DNA from: Bacillota bacterium
GTDB taxonomy: Bacteria > Bacillota > Clostridia > Christensenellales > DTU072
DNA: 64,000 nucleotides
Assembly (NCBI GenBank): GCA_023394875.1
Contig: JAEXAB010000003.1
Location: forward strand, 431,895-495,894
Reading direction: 5' to 3'
This document shows, piece by piece, positions 60,483-64,000 of the stretch. A model generated the notes under the pieces. That model was not told the DNA's origin, made no database searches, and saw nothing but the letters and a program-made list of their open reading frames with translations. The position numbers were made by a program, and so were the translations under genes. The first letter of the stretch is position 1. Each line of letters opens with the position of its first letter.

Positions 60483-61613
60483 ATGCAATTAGAAGAAAAC
60501 AGAACATGGCAAAAAGACTTAAAGAACAACGTAACCTCGGTAGATGCCCTTATGGAAATGGGTTTCATCGAAAAAAAAGAGAGTGAGAAATTACAGGAAA
60601 TTACCGAAAAATATCCTTTGTCAATCCCTCAATATTATCTCAATCTTATAGAAAATAAATCATATTCCGATCCGATTTATAAGATGTGTATAGCTTCAAT
60701 TCGCGAAGGACAATTAGGTGGCAAGGAAGACACAAGCGGAGAGGCGTCCAACACCGTAATGGAAGGAATTCAGCATAAATACGACAGCACCGTACTACTT
60801 TTATCGACAAACGTATGCGCAATGTACTGTAGGCACTGCTTTAGAAAACGCCTGGTCGGGCAGTCCGAAGAGGAAATACTAAAATTCGCCGACGAAGCGG
60901 TAGAATACGTCAAAAATAATAAGAAAGCCAACAATATTTTGATTACCGGGGGAGATTCCTTACTCAATTCCAACAAAATTATAGAAAGATATTTATCAAA
61001 GTTTTCCGAAATCAAGCACGTTAAGTTTATACGCTTCGGCACAAGGACACCTGTTGTCTTGCCTCAAAGAATATATTCCGACCCTGAGTTAATAGAAATT
61101 TTCAGAAAATACAGCAAAAAGAAAACCATTTATATCGTCACTCAATTTAATCACCCCAAAGAACTAACCAAGGAAGCAATAACCGCAACCGATATGCTAA
61201 GGGAAGCGGGCGTACCTATCCTCAATCAGACGGTACTGCTTAAAGGAGTAAACGACAACGCCGACACTCTTTCTAGTTTGATTATTAAGCTTGTCGCAAA
61301 CGGCATTTCTCCCTACTACGTTTTCCAATGCCGTCCGGTAAAGGGAGTAAGGGATTTGTTCGCCGTACCTTTGTTAAAGTCCTCCGAAATAATAGACGAA
61401 ACGCGCAGCCGTTTGTCGGGCGTGGGTAAAAGATTCCGCTTTATTATGAGCCACACCAAGGGCAAAATAGAAATTATAGGTAAAACCGACGAAAATATTT
61501 TGGTATTAAAACAGCATCAAGCCAAAGACAAATCGGATATTAACAAAATTTTTACGGTAAAAGTGGACGAAAATTCCCTCTGGCTAAGCGAAGACCTAAG
61601 CAAAGGAATATAA
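60483..61613 (+). CDS. KamA-family radical SAM aminomutase-like protein; substrate unclear
   Basis: CAMYCRHC (CxxxCxxC) cluster, then GGDSLL, RFGTRTPVVLPQRI, QFNHPKE, NQTVLLKGVND and a C-terminal ...HTKGK lysine. The ATG at 60483 (SD GGAGG 7 nt upstream) is preferred over the TTG at 60480. Confidence 0.8.
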   Translation: MQLEENRTWQKDLKNNVTSVDALMEMGFIEKKESEKLQEITEKYPLSIPQYYLNLIENKSYSDPIYKMCIASIREGQLGGKEDTSGEASNTVMEGIQHKYDSTVLLLSTNVCAMYCRHCFRKRLVGQSEEEILKFADEAVEYVKNNKKANNILITGGDSLLNSNKIIERYLSKFSEIKHVKFIRFGTRTPVVLPQRIYSDPELIEIFRKYSKKKTIYIVTQFNHPKELTKEAITATDMLREAGVPILNQTVLLKGVNDNADTLSSLIIKLVANGISPYYVFQCRPVKGVRDLFAVPLLKSSEIIDETRSRLSGVGKRFRFIMSHTKGKIEIIGKTDENILVLKQHQAKDKSDINKIFTVKVDENSLWLSEDLSKGI

Positions 61614-61677
61614 ATAGCACCGAAACACCCGTTATCACATATCAATGTATATAAAAACTGTCCGTTAGGGAGGATAT

Positions 61678-63537
61678 ATGTGCGGGATAGCGGGATTTTG
61701 CGATTTTCAAAACGACTTTACCAAAGACGAAAATACATATAAAAAATGGCATGACGTTCTTATAAATATGCGCCTTAGTCTTATTCACAGAGGCAAAGAC
61801 CAGGACGGAGAATACCTCAAAAAATACGTAGGGCTAAGCCATGCCAGACTTTCTATAAGGGATATATTCATGGGCAAACAGCCTTTGGTAAGGAACTTGG
61901 ATTATGAATATTCCATTGTCTATAACGGTGAGATTTATAACACTTCCGAATTGAAAAACGAACTGCTTTTAGCGGGATATACTTTTCAGACCACCACCGA
62001 CACCGAAGTAATACTCTATTGTTATATCCATTATGGCATAGATTTTGTCAATAAATTAAACGGAATTTTTTCTTTCGCTATTTGGGATGAAAAATTTTCC
62101 CGCCTTATTTTGTACCGCGACCGACTGGGGGTTAAGCCCTTGTTTTTTACCTTAAACGAAGGTGCGCTTATATTCGGCTCCGAAATAAAGGCTCTATTTT
62201 GCCACCCAAAAATTTCTCCCACACTTAATATGGATAGCTTCCGTCAGGTTTTCGGACTGGGACCGGCAAGAAAGGGCGGTTTAGCCGTCTTTAAGGATAT
62301 TTATGAGATTAATTCGGGCTGCTACGCAATTTTTGATGAAAGCGGACTAAAGCATCACCGCTATTGGGATCTAGAAAGTAAAGAGCATATCGACAGTTAC
62401 CAAACTACCGTGGAAAAAACGCGGTATCTTGTTACGGACGCCATAATTAAGCAAATGGTTTCCGACGTGCCGGTTTGTTCCTTCCTGTCAGGGGGGATAG
62501 ACTCCTCTATCGTTACCAAAGTTGCTTCCGACTACCTATATGAAAACGGCAAAACTCTCAACACCTTTTCCTTTGACTTTACCGGCAACGACAAGAACTT
62601 TACTTCCAACTCCTTTCAACCCGAACAAGATAGACCGTACGTTGATATAATGCTAAAAACAATCCATTCCAACCACTCATACTTAGAATGCGACAAACTT
62701 TCTCTCATCGACTTATTAAAAGCGGCGGTTATTTCAAAAGACCTCCCGGGTATGGCGGATATTGATGCGTCATTGATGTATTTTTGTAATCTTGTATCTC
62801 AAAAAAATAAAGTTGCCTTAACGGGGGAATGCGCCGACGAAATTTTCGGGGGCTACCCTTGGTTTTATAGAGAAGAATTACTGAAAGGTTACGGCTTCCC
62901 TTGGTCAAAGAACCTAGATATAAGACAATCACTTTTACAGGATAATTTCATAAAAGACTTAGACTTAATTAACTACGTCAACAGCGCCTATGAAACTTCG
63001 GTAAAAGAAGCCGATATTTTAAGGAGCGAACCGCTAATAGAACAGGACCGCAGAAAAATAGCTTATCTCAATATAAAATGGTTTATGCAAACTCTCCTTG
63101 ACAGAATGGACAGAGCCAGTATGTACTGTGGCTTAGAGGCGCGCGTACCTTTCGCCGACCACCGCATAGTGGAATATATCTATAACGTACCGTGGGAATA
63201 TAAGTATAAAGACGGTGTGGAAAAGCATCTGTTACGGCAAGCTTGTTCGGACTTCGTACCCCAGGAAATTATGCATCGTAAAAAGAGCCCCTATCCGAAA
63301 ATTTATGACCCCGCCTACGGCAATTTATTAAAAGAGAAATTTTTAGACCTCATTAATACGCCCAACTCTCCCATAAATCAGTTTTTGGACAAGAACAAGG
63401 CGGAGGCTTTTTGGGATAATCCCTTGGAATACGGCAAGCCTTGGTTCGGTCAGCTTATGGCAGGCCCTCAGCTTATCGCGTATTTTATTCAGATAAATTA
63501 TTGGCTGGAAGAATATAAGCCCCTTATAATACTATAA
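61678..63537 (+). CDS. Asparagine synthetase family amidotransferase, long Bacillus AsnB/AsnO-like form
   Basis: 619 aa. MCGIAGF N-terminus (Cys2 nucleophile). PP-loop SGGIDSS. SD GGGAGG. Confidence 0.85.
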   Translation: MCGIAGFCDFQNDFTKDENTYKKWHDVLINMRLSLIHRGKDQDGEYLKKYVGLSHARLSIRDIFMGKQPLVRNLDYEYSIVYNGEIYNTSELKNELLLAGYTFQTTTDTEVILYCYIHYGIDFVNKLNGIFSFAIWDEKFSRLILYRDRLGVKPLFFTLNEGALIFGSEIKALFCHPKISPTLNMDSFRQVFGLGPARKGGLAVFKDIYEINSGCYAIFDESGLKHHRYWDLESKEHIDSYQTTVEKTRYLVTDAIIKQMVSDVPVCSFLSGGIDSSIVTKVASDYLYENGKTLNTFSFDFTGNDKNFTSNSFQPEQDRPYVDIMLKTIHSNHSYLECDKLSLIDLLKAAVISKDLPGMADIDASLMYFCNLVSQKNKVALTGECADEIFGGYPWFYREELLKGYGFPWSKNLDIRQSLLQDNFIKDLDLINYVNSAYETSVKEADILRSEPLIEQDRRKIAYLNIKWFMQTLLDRMDRASMYCGLEARVPFADHRIVEYIYNVPWEYKYKDGVEKHLLRQACSDFVPQEIMHRKKSPYPKIYDPAYGNLLKEKFLDLINTPNSPINQFLDKNKAEAFWDNPLEYGKPWFGQLMAGPQLIAYFIQINYWLEEYKPLIIL

Positions 63538-63642
63538 ATTATTGATAATAATCAACTTTGAACTTCTTATGTGAGAATGTCACAGTAAAATTAAAAGTTT
63601 TGCTGTATAATGTAAACAAAGAAGAAAAAAAGGAGATATATT

Positions 63643-63951
63643 ATGAAACCGATTATTATAACCAGTGAAAACTTCGAAAACGAAGTAATGAAAAGTACAA
63701 AGCCTGTGTTGATTGATTTTTACGCCGATTGGTGCGGACCGTGCAAAATGTTGGGTCCGGTCATAGAAAAGCTAGCCGAAGAAATAGACTACGCTAAGGT
63801 AGGCAAAATTAACGTCGACAATGAAAACGCTCTTGCATCAGCCTTCGGCGTAATGAGCATACCCACCGTAGTGGTAATGAAAAACGGTCAAGTTGTCAGC
63901 AAAGCCGTTGGAGTACAATCAAAAGAAAAATTAATCAGCATGCTTGGTTAA
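63643..63951 (+). CDS. trxA: Thioredoxin
   Basis: 102 aa. WCGPCK active site. SD AAGGAG. Confidence 0.93.
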   Translation: MKPIIITSENFENEVMKSTKPVLIDFYADWCGPCKMLGPVIEKLAEEIDYAKVGKINVDNENALASAFGVMSIPTVVVMKNGQVVSKAVGVQSKEKLISMLG

Positions 63952-64000
63952 TCTATAAAATCAGCTAAGCCTCCCATACTTAAGACGGTAACTTTCCCTC

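Noticed and set aside
63570-63584. TGTGA-N5-TCACA dyad upstream of trxA, considered as a CRP/FNR- or Rex-type site.
   Set aside because: CRP/FNR and Rex sites have TGTGA-N6-TCACA geometry, and this spacing is one nt short. The flanks do not match TTGTGAA/TTCACAA.

Overview
This is a 64-kb chromosomal segment from a low-GC (roughly 40%) Gram-positive anaerobe using the standard genetic code. It looks like an endospore-forming, Clostridia-like organism, because it carries dipicolinate synthase dpaAB, reverse rubrerythrin, desulfoferrodoxin, a flavodiiron protein and a Bacillus-type glgBCDAP operon. About 45 genes are tightly packed, and most are core metabolism. In order: (1) a nitrogen-assimilation cluster, gltB (5' end cut by the window edge), gltD, type III glutamine synthetase and asnB; (2) an esterase / GtrA / LCAT-like lipase operon; (3) an XRE-cupin regulator plus potABCD on the minus strand; (4) an accessory-looking surface block at 18.4-33.1 kb, with a 2,978-aa LRR lipoprotein and an ABC-2 exporter operon that also encodes a Big_2/beta-helix protein and a small membrane protein; (5) a Fur-family regulator and reverse rubrerythrin; (6) ispE-glgB-glgC-glgD-glgA-glgP-GH13 on the minus strand; (7) a second LCAT-like lipase; (8) MFS-lplA-lpd; (9) ilvB-ilvN-ilvC-ilvD-ilvA-ridA; (10) dfx-fprA; (11) dpaA-dpaB; (12) a KamA-family radical SAM gene, a second Asn-synthetase-family gene and trxA. 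I saw no rRNA, tRNA, CRISPR array, transposase, integrase or recognisable defence genes, and I cannot point to a clear new multi-gene system. The best-supported unannotated signals are cis-regulatory. One is a 29-codon Ile/Val/Leu-rich leader peptide with a terminator and a perfectly complementary antiterminator segment upstream of ilvB. Another is a duplicated hexaloop hairpin overlapping terminators in the glutamine synthetase leader, which resembles ANTAR targets. A third is an exact 19-bp Fur-box consensus on the promoter of the Fur-family gene. The most plausible uncharacterised multi-gene candidates are the surface/ABC block and the KamA-like/AsnB-like pair, and both are speculative. Several ORF-track starts are revised from promoter, Shine-Dalgarno (SD) and overlap evidence.
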